The notes beneath the pieces are model-generated. The model was not told the origin of the DNA. It worked only from the letters and a program-made list of their open reading frames with translations, and did not search any database. Position numbers and translations under genes: made by a program. From Candidatus Eremiobacteria bacterium (GTDB lineage Bacteria > Vulcanimicrobiota > Vulcanimicrobiia > Vulcanimicrobiales > Vulcanimicrobiaceae), in NCBI GenBank assembly GCA_963737065.1, contig CAVTRC010000001.1, positions 1,440,001-1,504,000 of the forward strand: 64,000 nucleotides of DNA, given 5' to 3'. Shown here piece after piece: positions 18,462-28,494 of the stretch. How positions within the stretch are numbered: the first letter of the stretch is position 1; each line of letters opens with the position of its first letter.

Positions 18462-20000
18462 TCAGTTGTTCGCCGGAGGTTGCGCACCTTTTATGATTTG
18501 CGAAAACGGCGTCGAACCGTAATGCATGCCGAACACCGTCGTCGGACTGAGGTGTTCGCGCGCAATCGCGGTAAGCGCTTCATGTAAGTATTCAGGGGTG
18601 AACCACGAATCGTCGCCATCCGGCGCGAACAGATCGCTCGTGTAGAGCAGTCGATGGTCCGGGAAATATACCATCATCTGCCGCTCGGCAGTGGCCGTGC
18701 GGTATGGCACCAAGATGAGCCGGTTCGGTCCGTCGCCAAGTTGCATCGGGCGACTCACGAGTCGTAGATCCGCATGACGCGGATGCTTCTGCAAGTCATC
18801 GGGATCCATTCGATGGGGCGCAGCAATGAGACGACGCAAGATTGGCCCATTGAGATCGAGCGCATAGACCGGAATACGATCCGCTACGGCCTGCCGTACG
18901 CCCGCGATATGGGGCCACGAATCAGATGTCGTAACAACGGCGTTCACGCGCGCGTTGAACATACGTTGCGCGGCATCGATCGCGCGCTGCGTATAGTTCG
19001 GTGACCACGGCGCCTCGATAAGGACGACGCCGTCCTTTTGGCGCACGAATGCTACGTTCCAACCTCCGGGATACTGAACGATTCCCCGCGCTAGCGCGTA
19101 CGGTGACCGCGAGCCGCCGAAGCCGAGTGCGATCGAATCAACGCGGCGCAGCCGGCCGTGGTGTGCTTGGAACATTGCCGGTGGAACGGCCAGGCTTGGC
19201 TCGTCGAGTTTTTGATTGAACGCGAGGCGAATGATTACGGTGTGCGTATCGGGCAAGCCCAGTCTCGTGATCGTCCATTCACGCGGATACACGATTCCGC
19301 CCGGTTCGAGCGTCCATGCGTTATAGACGATCGTCGTCGGCACGTCGCCCCAGACATTCAGAAACGTCTGGCTCGGGTACGCACGAACGAAATCCAATCG
19401 CCACGGCAGCCCGCTTTGCGCGTTGATATAGAGCGTGCACGGTACTTCTCGCCAGCGAAACGTGATGACATGATGCGGCACCCCATGCAACACAACATCC
19501 CGTCGCAAACGGAGGCCTGGGGCCGAGAGAGCCGTCAATATTAGGCGTTCAGGAGCGAACGCGAACTGCTCGTCGTTTTGCGCGATGAGAGAGCCACCGC
19601 CGTACTGCGGTCCGTCTTTCCCTTCGATCGCGGCCACGTCGTCGTTGATAACCGTGACCCGCGGCGTCGCGTCTGGCTCCTGAAGCCACCACTTGTCCGC
19701 GGCATATGCTTCGCTCGTGCGCTCGATCTTTACGCGATGATTGACGAGATCGCGGGTCTGACGCTCGCGAAAGTGATCGATGAAGTACGGGCCGCTTGGA
19801 CGCTCCGACTGCTCGACCATGTCTCGTTCGCCAACCGCCGTGTATGTAATCGATTTGATCGATTGCAGCGCCGCAACACCGCCCATCGATTTCGCTGACG
19901 ATTCCAGCACAGAGCGGGCATTTTTCTCCGCCGAAGGCGCCACGCCCGAAAGGAAAACGAGCGCAATAACGACCAACGCGCGAATTTCCATGCGCGTCAT
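18462..20000 (-). CDS. Secreted protein with C-terminal metallo-beta-lactamase-like fold (degenerate metal motif)
   Basis: Signal peptide; VLIEAP; TTSDSWPHIAGVR where HxHxDH is expected; VYFPDHRLLYTSDLF; GMH. Confidence 0.65.
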   Translation of the reverse strand: MTRMEIRALVVIALVFLSGVAPSAEKNARSVLESSAKSMGGVAALQSIKSITYTAVGERDMVEQSERPSGPYFIDHFRERQTRDLVNHRVKIERTSEAYAADKWWLQEPDATPRVTVINDDVAAIEGKDGPQYGGGSLIAQNDEQFAFAPERLILTALSAPGLRLRRDVVLHGVPHHVITFRWREVPCTLYINAQSGLPWRLDFVRAYPSQTFLNVWGDVPTTIVYNAWTLEPGGIVYPREWTITRLGLPDTHTVIIRLAFNQKLDEPSLAVPPAMFQAHHGRLRRVDSIALGFGGSRSPYALARGIVQYPGGWNVAFVRQKDGVVLIEAPWSPNYTQRAIDAAQRMFNARVNAVVTTSDSWPHIAGVRQAVADRIPVYALDLNGPILRRLIAAPHRMDPDDLQKHPRHADLRLVSRPMQLGDGPNRLILVPYRTATAERQMMVYFPDHRLLYTSDLFAPDGDDSWFTPEYLHEALTAIAREHLSPTTVFGMHYGSTPFSQIIKGAQPPANN

Positions 20001-20027
20001 CCTAATGCGCCGGCGATGATAAATAAC

Positions 20028-20198
20028 ATGAAAGAACTATCAAAAGTTCAAGCGACTCGCTGCGGCGACTCAGCTGCGTTGGGGGCCTTTACCGGTACGT
20101 TTGCGCTGCCGGTCGTCCTTTCGCACGCGGGCGTCACATCGGTCACGCTCGCGTGTGCGATGCTCTGCGTCATCGGTTTGCTCGTGTCGGGACGCTAG
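20028..20198 (+). CDS. Small hypothetical membrane protein
   Basis: Short ORF with two hydrophobic segments filling the gap between convergent/divergent genes. Confidence 0.35.
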   Translation: MKELSKVQATRCGDSAALGAFTGTFALPVVLSHAGVTSVTLACAMLCVIGLLVSGR

Positions 20199-21769
20199 TG
20201 CAGGAAGTAGCGGTAACTCGAAAATACGAGCGCGACGCCGACGCGGTCGGCGGCGGCGATCACTTCTTCGTCACGCACGGAACCGCCGGGCGCAATGATC
20301 GCCGTACATCCGTCCCGTGCTGCCGCTTCCACGCCGTCGGCGAAAGGAAAGAATCCGTCGCTCGCACACGCGGCTCCGCGCGCCCAATCGCCGGCGCGAT
20401 GTGCCGCAATTTGGACGGCGCTGACGCGATTCGTCTGGCCGGCGCAGATGCCGCGCGTCGTGCCTTCTTTCACGATGACGATGCCGTTCGATTTCACATG
20501 GCGCACGACGTCCCACGCAAACGCGACGTCGTACCACTCTTGTGCGCTCGGCTGACGCCGTGAAACGACCGTCCACGCTTCGGCCTCCGCCGCGGGATCA
20601 TCGTCTTCCGCGAGTACGCCGCCCAGTGCACTGCGGACACGCAGTTCGTCGGCAAGCTCATCGGGAAGCGAAGGAACGAAGCGCATCACACGCAGATTTT
20701 TTTTCTTCCGCAGCATCGCAAGCGCCTCATCGTCGAAACGGGGCGCGGCGACAATTTCAAGGAAAAACTTTGACAGCGATTCCGCCGCGGCGCCGTCGAT
20801 CGCCGCATCGGTCGCAACGATTCCCCCGAATGCAGAAACGGGATCTGCCTGGAGCGCATCGTCGATCGCTTTGCCGACCGTCGAGCGCTGCGATACCCCG
20901 CACGGCACCGTGTGCTTCACGACCACCGCGCGCACGAAACGCTCGTGCTCGCTGCCGAACTCCGCGCCGAGCGGTGCGCGCGAAAGCAGACGCAATGTTG
21001 CGTCGAGATCAAGCAGGTTGTTGTATGAGAGAGCTTTACCGTGGAGCTGTGCCGGTAAACGTTCCGGTCGATCGAGATAGAACGCTGCGCGGTTCTGCGG
21101 ATTGGTGCCGTACCGCAGCCGTTGCGAAAGCGGCAGCGTGAGCGCAAGCGCACCCGGCAGCTCGCTTGGAAGAAATTCGCCCTTCGTCCCGAGATAATGC
21201 GATATGGCGACGTCGTACTCTGCTGTACGTTCGAACGCGGCAACTGCAAAGTCACGGCGCATGGAAACGGGTACGGCGCCGGCGGTAAATGCTTCCAAGA
21301 ATTCGGCATACTGCGATGGATGCGTGAGGACGCATACATGGGCAAAGTTCTTCGCCGACGCGCGCAACAACGAAACGCCGCCGATATCGATCTGTTCGAT
21401 GGCCTCGGCAAGCGTCGTGCCTTCTCGCGCAACCGTCTCTTCGAAAGGATACAGATTCACGACGACGGTCGTGATCGGCGCGATTGCATATTTTTCTGCT
21501 TGCGCCCGATGCTCGGCGTTGCCGCGATCGTAGAGGATCGCGCCGAAAACCTTCGGGTGCAGCGTCTTTACGCGGCCGTCGAAAAGCGCCGGGAACCCCG
21601 TCATCTGCTCGACGTCGTACGCAGGAATCCCGAAATCTTCGAGATGCTTTTTCGTTCCGCCGGTTGCGTAGATCACCGTCCCCGCGTCGTGCAGCGCCTT
21701 CGCTAATTCGACGGATCCCGCTTTATCGGACAGCGAAAACAGGGCAGCCGGTTTTGAGGTATCAGGCAA
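20195..21769 (-). CDS. purH: Bifunctional AICAR transformylase / IMP cyclohydrolase
   Basis: SLSDKAG, GRVKTLHP, VNLYPF, IDIGG, LRYGTNPQ, SAFGG, ASDGFFPF, APGGSVRD. Confidence 0.96.
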   Translation of the reverse strand: MPDTSKPAALFSLSDKAGSVELAKALHDAGTVIYATGGTKKHLEDFGIPAYDVEQMTGFPALFDGRVKTLHPKVFGAILYDRGNAEHRAQAEKYAIAPITTVVVNLYPFEETVAREGTTLAEAIEQIDIGGVSLLRASAKNFAHVCVLTHPSQYAEFLEAFTAGAVPVSMRRDFAVAAFERTAEYDVAISHYLGTKGEFLPSELPGALALTLPLSQRLRYGTNPQNRAAFYLDRPERLPAQLHGKALSYNNLLDLDATLRLLSRAPLGAEFGSEHERFVRAVVVKHTVPCGVSQRSTVGKAIDDALQADPVSAFGGIVATDAAIDGAAAESLSKFFLEIVAAPRFDDEALAMLRKKKNLRVMRFVPSLPDELADELRVRSALGGVLAEDDDPAAEAEAWTVVSRRQPSAQEWYDVAFAWDVVRHVKSNGIVIVKEGTTRGICAGQTNRVSAVQIAAHRAGDWARGAACASDGFFPFADGVEAAARDGCTAIIAPGGSVRDEEVIAAADRVGVALVFSSYRYFLH

Positions 21770-24700
21770 GCGCGAGCTCCGGATGGCGCTTTTCGTGCTG
21801 CGTCAGCGTCGCAGCGATAATCGACGATACGCCGGGCTCTTTCATCGTGATGCCGTACATGCGATCGGCGAGTTCCATGGTCTTCTTGTTGTGGGTGACG
21901 ATAATCATTTGTGCGTTGGCCGCAAGTTCGCGCACGATCGTCGAGAAACGCTCGACGTTTGCGTCATCGAGCGCTGCATCGACTTCGTCGAGCAGGTAGA
22001 ACGGCGAAGGCTTCACGTCGATCAGCGCAAAGATCAGCGCCGCCGCGGTCATCGCGCGTTCGCCGCCGGAAAGCGCCGTAAGCGGCATCAGTTTTTTGCC
22101 GGGCGGCTGCACCGACATCTCAATGCCGGTCTCGGAAAGATTCTCGCGATTCGTCTGCCACATCTTGGCCTGACCGCCGGGAAAGAGCTTCGCGTACATT
22201 TCCGTAAACGCGGCCGACACTTTGTCGAACGTTTCGTTGAACTGCTCTTGGCTCTGCGCTTCGATTTCTTTGATCGACTGCAGCAGCGTTTCACGCGCGG
22301 CGGCCAGGTCTTCGAGTTGCGTACGCAAGAACGTTTCGCGCTCGGCAACGTCTTGGCGTTCGGCCTCGGCGTTGAGGTTTACGTTGGCCGAGAGACGCGC
22401 CAGTTCTTCGCGCAGACGCGGCAGATCTTCCATCACCGCGTCGGATTCTTCGCCGTACCGTTGCTCGACGTCGCGACACTCGTCATCCGTCGCGGGATTC
22501 TGGGCGAATTGCGAGACGAGCATGCCGAGTTCGGCTTCGATCTCCGCAAGGCGCATGCGATGGCGTTCCCCGCCCGCGGCCGCTTCGCGTTCGTCGTTTT
22601 CCGCAGAACGTAAATCTGATTCGAACCGCAAGAGATCGTTCGCCATCGTTTCGCGCTCACGGCGCGCCGCATCGAGCTTGACGTCGAAGTCCGCAACACC
22701 ATGACGCAAGCCTTCGACATGTTCGTGCGAAGTGCGCGTCTGTTCGGCGAGCGCGCCGATTTCCGCCAACATTTGCTCGCGTGCGACCCGCGCGCGTTCG
22801 CTGTCTTGATCGAGCATACCGAGACGGCCTCTGGCCGCGTCGCGCTCGGCAGTAAGCGCGGCGGCACGTTCGCGCAGATCGCTCGCATGGCGGCTGGCGT
22901 CGCTCTGCGCGCGTTCCGCATCGGTGATCTCCTGGCGCGCACGCGCAAGTTCTGCCTCGAGACGCTGCCGCTCTTCGTCGCTGTGCACGGCATCCGGTTC
23001 GGGCGCGTCCAGCTCGCGTCCGCGCAACCGCGCATCCTGCGATTGTGCGACGAGTTCGGTGACGCGCGCTTGCGCCGCGCTCACTTCGGCCTGCATGCGC
23101 TCCAGGTCGCTCCCAAGCGCGGCCATCTCGGAACGCAACTCGGCGGCCTGCACTTCGATGCCCTGGAGCGTTTCGCGAGCAGCGTCACGTGCCGTAATCG
23201 AGGCTTCAGCGCGCCCGCTCGCCTCGTACGCTACGCGCTCCAACTCTTCGAGTTTCGCGCGCATTCCGGTAAGCGTTTCACGCAACGTCTGTGCTTGCAC
23301 GCGCCGAGCCAGAATCGACTTTTCGCGTCGAAAACGGCCGCCCGTGATCGCACCGCCGCCAGTAATCTGTTCGCCGGAAAGCGTGACGATCGTGTCGCGG
23401 AATCCGCGGCCGCGAACGAGCGCAATGCCGGTCTGCAGCGTATCGACGATTAGGACGTTGCCGACGAGGAAACGCACGATGCCTTCGTATTGCGGCTGCG
23501 TGCGAACGAGTGCGTGCGCGTAGCCGATCACGCCGTGGGTCCCGTGCAGCTCCGGCGTCATGTGCTTTGCTTCACGGTTAGCGAGTGTATCGAGCGGAAG
23601 GAGCGTCGCACGTCCCGACTCGTTGCGATTAAGAAACTCGATTGCGCGTTCCGCGTCTTCGGACGTCTTTGTAATGATGTTCGAAAGACGCGCACCGAAC
23701 GCAACGTCGAGTGCGCGCGCGTAGCGCTCGTCGGTCGTGATGAGGTTCGAAACGATGCCCTCGATGCCGCCGAGCTCGTTGCGCTGCCACGCTTCGATCA
23801 CCGCGCGCGTGCCCGGCACGTGACCCTCGAGCGACGCTTCGAGTTCTTCGATCGTGTGCAGACGCGACTCGGCAGCCTTCACTTCGCCGGTGTGTTCCCG
23901 ATGCGCCGCAAGGGAACGTGCGAGATGTTCCTGCGCCGCGATGACGGCCGCTTCCGCCGAATCGACGTGTGCGCGCGCTCGCGAAAGCTGCTGTTCGAGC
24001 GCTCCGAGTTGCGCTTCGCGTTCCGTATAACGCTGCGTCGCCGAGCCGGCTTTCATCTCGAGTTGCGCGGTGCGCTCGCGCGCTGCGTGGAGTTCGCCTT
24101 CGAGACGCTCGGCTTCGGCACGCAGATTCTCGCCCTGCACGCGGCGTTCGGCCTTCTTCGCGGCCATCGCGGCGGCCGTCGCTTCGACCTTGCGCAGCTG
24201 CGTGAAAATCGCGTCCAGCTGTGCGCGCGCTTGAGCGAGCGCGGTTTGCGTTTGCAACTCGCCTTGCCGCGACGCTTCCACGTCGCTCGCGAGCGGCGCT
24301 AAACGCTCTTCCAATTGTGCGATCGTCGCGCCGAGTGATTCGCGCTCGCCTTGCACGCGTGCGGCGTCTTCGTGGGTTTGCGTCGACTGCGCCTCGAGTG
24401 TTTCGCGGCGCGCCAGCGCCGCCGCGTAATCGGCTTCGATCCGCGCGAGCTCGCCCCGTTTGCTCTGCCCGTGCGAGCGGATCTCTTCGAGCTGTAACTC
24501 TTGCTGATACGCACGAGTTCGCAGCTCGGTGAGATTAGCGGCCAGTTTCGCTACGCGCGCGGCGGCGGCGCTACGTACTTCTTCTTGCTTCTCGAGGTCA
24601 ACGCGTAGCGTTTCGCGTTCGCTGCGGCGCGACGCGCTTGCGCGCATGTAGGAGAGAATTTCGAGGTCGCGCACGCGTGCGCTTAGCTTGCGGTAGCGCT

Positions 24701-25337
24701 TTGCGCGGCGTACTTGCGTATCGAGCTCCGGGACCCGGCGCTCGAGTTCTGCGATCAGGTCGTTGATGCGAATGCCGTTTTGTTCCGTCTGCTCGAGTCG
24801 GCGCATCGATTCATGTTTGCGGGCGAGAAATTTGTTGATACCGGCGGTCTCTTCGAAGAGCGCGCGGCGTTCCGTCGGTTTGCTCGTCAGAATCGCGTCG
24901 ATCTGGCCTTGCGAAACGATCGAATACGACCCCGGGCCGAGACCCGTGCCCATCAGCAGCTCGACGATATCTTTCAGGCGCACCTGATTGCGATTGATGA
25001 AGTACTCGCTCTCGCCGGCGCGATACGTGCGTCGCGTGATTTCGACTTCGCGGTACTCCGTGGGCAGTTTGCCGTCTTGGTTGTCGAAGTTCATCGAAAT
25101 CTCGGCCATACCGAGCGGCTTGCGCTTGTCGTTGCCGGCAAAGATTACGTCTTCGAGCTTTCCGGAACGCAGCTGACGGCTCGATGTCTCGCCGAGCACC
25201 CAGCGGAACGCGTCGACCAGGTTCGATTTTCCCGAACCATTGGGCCCGACGATGGCCGTGATGCCGTCCGAAAAATCGAGCGACGTTGCGTCCGCGAACG
25301 TCTTGAACCCAAACGCTTTGATCTTTTTTAATTTCAT
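21762..25337 (-). CDS. smc: Chromosome segregation protein SMC
   Basis: GFKTF, Walker A GPNGSGKSN, Q-loop VSQG, hinge GRATLLPL, LSGGE signature, LDEVDAALD. Start MKLKK at 25337. Confidence 0.97.
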   Translation of the reverse strand: MKLKKIKAFGFKTFADATSLDFSDGITAIVGPNGSGKSNLVDAFRWVLGETSSRQLRSGKLEDVIFAGNDKRKPLGMAEISMNFDNQDGKLPTEYREVEITRRTYRAGESEYFINRNQVRLKDIVELLMGTGLGPGSYSIVSQGQIDAILTSKPTERRALFEETAGINKFLARKHESMRRLEQTEQNGIRINDLIAELERRVPELDTQVRRAKRYRKLSARVRDLEILSYMRASASRRSERETLRVDLEKQEEVRSAAAARVAKLAANLTELRTRAYQQELQLEEIRSHGQSKRGELARIEADYAAALARRETLEAQSTQTHEDAARVQGERESLGATIAQLEERLAPLASDVEASRQGELQTQTALAQARAQLDAIFTQLRKVEATAAAMAAKKAERRVQGENLRAEAERLEGELHAARERTAQLEMKAGSATQRYTEREAQLGALEQQLSRARAHVDSAEAAVIAAQEHLARSLAAHREHTGEVKAAESRLHTIEELEASLEGHVPGTRAVIEAWQRNELGGIEGIVSNLITTDERYARALDVAFGARLSNIITKTSEDAERAIEFLNRNESGRATLLPLDTLANREAKHMTPELHGTHGVIGYAHALVRTQPQYEGIVRFLVGNVLIVDTLQTGIALVRGRGFRDTIVTLSGEQITGGGAITGGRFRREKSILARRVQAQTLRETLTGMRAKLEELERVAYEASGRAEASITARDAARETLQGIEVQAAELRSEMAALGSDLERMQAEVSAAQARVTELVAQSQDARLRGRELDAPEPDAVHSDEERQRLEAELARARQEITDAERAQSDASRHASDLRERAAALTAERDAARGRLGMLDQDSERARVAREQMLAEIGALAEQTRTSHEHVEGLRHGVADFDVKLDAARRERETMANDLLRFESDLRSAENDEREAAAGGERHRMRLAEIEAELGMLVSQFAQNPATDDECRDVEQRYGEESDAVMEDLPRLREELARLSANVNLNAEAERQDVAERETFLRTQLEDLAAARETLLQSIKEIEAQSQEQFNETFDKVSAAFTEMYAKLFPGGQAKMWQTNRENLSETGIEMSVQPPGKKLMPLTALSGGERAMTAAALIFALIDVKPSPFYLLDEVDAALDDANVERFSTIVRELAANAQMIIVTHNKKTMELADRMYGITMKEPGVSSIIAATLTQHEKRHPELALA

Positions 25338-25404
25338 TCTTACAGGCGCTCCGCGCTGCGCGCTGCGCGCAGGGCTCCCCGATTTAGCGTCATGCGGCCT
25401 AACA

Positions 25405-26118
25405 TCACAGCGAATCCTTGACGGCGTGGTCGAGTAACAGCGACAAAGCCGCCTCAGCGGCGGCCTGTTGCGCCGCCTTCTTCGATGCGCCCGTGCCGGT
25501 TCCCAACGTCTTTCCGTTGACAATGACGTCCGAGCGGAATTTCGGCATTTGCGGCGTGCCTTCGCTGCGCTCGCGGTAGCTCGGCGTAGCGGAAAGGTGC
25601 TCCTGCGTAAAATGCTGCAATCGCGTTTTGGCGTCCACGAGCGGGTCGGGTGCGTGATTGAGTGCTTTCACGTGCTCGTCGAGGACAAAGCGCGCCGCCT
25701 TGTCGTGCCCGTAGCGCAGCTCCAGCGCGGCAACGAACGCTTCGAACGCATCGGCGAGAATCGAAGTGTTCTCGCTTCCGCCGGCTCCACGCATTCCCGC
25801 GCCGAGCTGAACGAGCTCGGGAAAATCGAGCCGCCGCGCCGTCTGCGCGAGCTCAGCATCATTGACAATGGCCGCTTTGCGCAATGTGAGCCGGCCCTCC
25901 GGCTCATCGGGATAGCGTTCGAAGAGCCACCGCGCGGTGATTGCACCGAGAATCGAATCCCCGAGGTACTCCATGCGCTCGTTCGACACGCCGCCGTGCT
26001 CCTTTGCGTAGCTTTCGTGAACGAACGCTTGCTCGACCAGCGTCAGATCGCCGGCGACGCGAACGCCCGCGCGCCGTAACAGCGCGCGCAATCGCCGCCG
26101 GTGCACTTCGCCGCTCAT
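25405..26118 (-). CDS. rnc: Ribonuclease III
   Basis: NERMEYLGDSIL signature, ADAFEA, dsRBD DAKTRLQ...GTGASKKAAQQAAA. Confidence 0.96.
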   Translation of the reverse strand: MSGEVHRRRLRALLRRAGVRVAGDLTLVEQAFVHESYAKEHGGVSNERMEYLGDSILGAITARWLFERYPDEPEGRLTLRKAAIVNDAELAQTARRLDFPELVQLGAGMRGAGGSENTSILADAFEAFVAALELRYGHDKAARFVLDEHVKALNHAPDPLVDAKTRLQHFTQEHLSATPSYRERSEGTPQMPKFRSDVIVNGKTLGTGTGASKKAAQQAAAEAALSLLLDHAVKDSL

Positions 26119-26128
26119 CTTGAAGCTG

Positions 26129-27376
26129 TTAACGAACCTTTCCGAACACGATCACGCTGTTGTGTCCGCCGAAACCGAACGAATTGCTGAACGCGACGCT
26201 TACGTCGGCCTTTCGCGCGACGTTTGGTACATAATCGAGCGCGCATTCCGGATCGGGAAATTCGTAATTGATCGTGGGCGGGACAACACCGTCATGCACC
26301 GTCATCACCGTCGCCACGCCCTCGAGACCGCCGGCCGCACCGAGTGCATGGCCGTGCATCGATTTCGTCGAGCTCACCGCGAGGCGCGGATGCTCGCCGA
26401 AGACTTTTTGAATCGCCTGCGATTCCGCAATGTCGCCGAGCGGCGTGGACGTGCCGTGCGCGTTCACGTAGTCGACGTCGCCGGGTTTGAGTTGTGCCGA
26501 ATCGAGCGCACGTTGCAACGCGAGGATCACACCGTTGCCGTCGGGATCGGGCGCCACGATGTTGTACGCGTCGGCCGATTGTCCGTATCCGAGCACTTCG
26601 CAATAAATCTTTGCGCCGCGCGCTTTCGCGTGCTCGTACTCCTCGAACACCAAAATCCCCGCGCCCTCGCCCAGCACGAAACCATCGCGTTCCTTATCGA
26701 ACGGACGCGAGGCTTTCGTCGGGTCGTCGTTACGAGTCGACATCGCTTTCATCGAGCAAAATCCGCCGACGGCGAGCGGTGAAATGCACGCTTCCGTTCC
26801 GCCGGTCAGCATCGCGAGCGCATCGCCGTACGACACGGCGTTGTACGCGGTGACGATCGCATCGTTTGCCGACGCGCATGCGCTCGCGGTTGCAAAGAAC
26901 GGCCCGCGAAAGCCGTACCTCATCGAAATGTGGGCGGGTGCGGCGTTCGCCATCAGCATCGGGATAAAGAAGGGCGAGGTCTTCACCCAGTTCCCGTTTT
27001 GCGCCGCCTTCTCGGACTCGTACCAGAATGTTTGGATGCCGCCGATTCCCGTGCCGATCACTGCGCCGACGCGATCTTTAAAGGATTGATCGTCCGGGAA
27101 CGCCGCATCGGCGATCGCTTCTTTCGCCGCGACGAGTGCGTATTGCGAGAACCGATCCAGGCGCCGCGCCTCTTTTTTTCCGACCAGCTCATCAGCGTTG
27201 AAGTCTTTCACTTCCGCAGCGATGCGCGTGGTGAACAACGTGGCATCGAACACGGTAATCGGCCCCACGCCCGACTCGCCGGCTACGATCCGCCGCCAAA
27301 ACTCGGGAGCCGAATTTCCGAGGGGCGTGACGGCGCCAAGGCCCGTCACGACTACACGTCGCTTATCCAAAACCAC
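26129..27376 (-). CDS. fabF: 3-oxoacyl-ACP synthase II
   Basis: RRVVVTGLG, ASACAS catalytic Cys, NAHGTST, STKSMHGHALGAAG, SNSFGFGG. Confidence 0.96.
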   Translation of the reverse strand: MVLDKRRVVVTGLGAVTPLGNSAPEFWRRIVAGESGVGPITVFDATLFTTRIAAEVKDFNADELVGKKEARRLDRFSQYALVAAKEAIADAAFPDDQSFKDRVGAVIGTGIGGIQTFWYESEKAAQNGNWVKTSPFFIPMLMANAAPAHISMRYGFRGPFFATASACASANDAIVTAYNAVSYGDALAMLTGGTEACISPLAVGGFCSMKAMSTRNDDPTKASRPFDKERDGFVLGEGAGILVFEEYEHAKARGAKIYCEVLGYGQSADAYNIVAPDPDGNGVILALQRALDSAQLKPGDVDYVNAHGTSTPLGDIAESQAIQKVFGEHPRLAVSSTKSMHGHALGAAGGLEGVATVMTVHDGVVPPTINYEFPDPECALDYVPNVARKADVSVAFSNSFGFGGHNSVIVFGKVR

Positions 27377-27436
27377 ACCAACTTACGGCGGTCCGCAGAC
27401 GGCCCCTTGTGACTGCGGTGGTAAGATGTACCTAGG

Positions 27437-27892
27437 ATGAGCCCCATTCGATTGACCGCCGGCTGGGTTGCTATCGCAATCTTGTCCGTAGCAGCAGTCC
27501 CCGCCCAGGCCGACCAGGTATTCTCCACGGTCTCGACTGGTGGGGTGCATGCGCGCGCGTCCGATCCGCCGTACCCGCTCGGCGACGTTTACTATGCTCC
27601 ATGCGGCTGGAACGGCACGTCGGGCCGTGGCTCACGGAACAGACGCCCGCGCCATACCGAACGAAACGGCGGCACGACGATCACGGGCGAGCGCTTCTAT
27701 CCGTATGATATTGCCTCGAACGGCGATCGCAGCGGTGGACGTCGCGGCCGGGGTCACGGCAATCAAAACGGCTACTGCTCGGGACCGATGTCGGGGTACA
27801 ACCCGCGGCCGACGCCCCGGCCCGGTTCGCGCAAGCCAGGACCGCCGCCGAGACGCTACGTCCCGCAGCCGTATGCGTCGCCACGGCGATAA
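27437..27892 (+). CDS. Hypothetical secreted Arg/Gly/Pro-rich protein
   Basis: Signal peptide ending AQA-D; extended -10-like TGgTAAGAT 9 nt upstream of the ATG; low-complexity mature part. Confidence 0.5.
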   Translation: MSPIRLTAGWVAIAILSVAAVPAQADQVFSTVSTGGVHARASDPPYPLGDVYYAPCGWNGTSGRGSRNRRPRHTERNGGTTITGERFYPYDIASNGDRSGGRRGRGHGNQNGYCSGPMSGYNPRPTPRPGSRKPGPPPRRYVPQPYASPRR

Positions 27893-27894
27893 CG

Positions 27895-28075
27895 CGCGAA
27901 GGCGCCGTATGTGGCGATCAGACAATCCTTGCTGGCGGCACCTCGCTCTGGTCAGAATCCCGGCCTCGAGGCGCTGGCAGGCTTCTAACCAAGCGGCTTC
28001 TTTCTGGTTCATTGCACGCAGCTCGATGACGTTTGCTCCGCCGGTGGACATATCTACTTAGGGGAAATCGGCCGG
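27895..28075 (-). mobile_element. Decayed IS1202/ISNCY-like left end with transposase N-terminal HTH remnant
   Basis: [21 protein letters not shown]...QQGLSDRHIRRL from the ATG at 28012 resembles the ISNCY N-terminal HTH. GGACATATCTACTT at 28046-28059 resembles the GGACATTTCTA end motif. Confidence 0.5.
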
Positions 28076-28108
28076 CTCTACCTCGGCCGATACGCAGCGT
28101 TGCAGTCC

Positions 28109-28138
28109 TTGCGCGGGGCGGCGACCCTTTGCTATACT
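28109..28138 (+). promoter_or_regulatory. Putative sigma70 promoter of rpmA (near-leaderless)
   Basis: TTGCGC (28109-28114), 18-nt spacer, extended -10 TGcTATACT (28130-28138); ATG follows after 9 nt with no SD. Confidence 0.55.
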
Positions 28139-28147
28139 CTCCCGGCT

Positions 28148-28432
28148 ATGTTCGTTTTCGATCTTCAACTTTTCGCATCCAAGAAGGGCGCCGGGTCCAC
28201 CCGTAACGGCCGCGATTCGAACGCGCAGCGCCTCGGTGTGAAGCGGTTCGGTGGTGAGCGCGTGCTCGCCGGCAACATCCTCGTGCGTCAACGCGGCACC
28301 AAGTTCTATCCAGGCGAGAACGTCGGAATCGGTACCGATCATACACTCTTCGCGCTTGTCGAAGGCACGGTTGAGTTTTCGCAGCGCCGCAACAAGAAGC
28401 ACATCAACGTTCGGCCGCTTAGCGCTGCGTAA
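28148..28432 (+). CDS. rpmA: 50S ribosomal protein L27 with N-terminal extension
   Basis: [32 protein letters not shown]...[10 protein letters not shown]...DHTLFAL. Confidence 0.97.
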   Translation: MFVFDLQLFASKKGAGSTRNGRDSNAQRLGVKRFGGERVLAGNILVRQRGTKFYPGENVGIGTDHTLFALVEGTVEFSQRRNKKHINVRPLSAA

Positions 28433-28455
28433 TCAGCTGCGGTTTCGTAAATGCA

Positions 28456-28480
28456 GAGGGCCGATTGCGGCCCTTTTTCT
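28456..28480 (+). terminator. Putative intrinsic terminator/attenuator between rpmA and obgE
   Basis: AGGGCCG-attg-CGGCCCT hairpin followed by TTTTCT. Confidence 0.65.
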
Positions 28481-28494
28481 ATTTCTGTAGCTGC

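Noticed and set aside
21762..25337. SMC-like defence ATPase (Wadjet JetC / Lamassu)
   Set aside because: Canonical hinge-containing SMC in the standard fabF-rnc-smc context, with no jetABD or effector genes.
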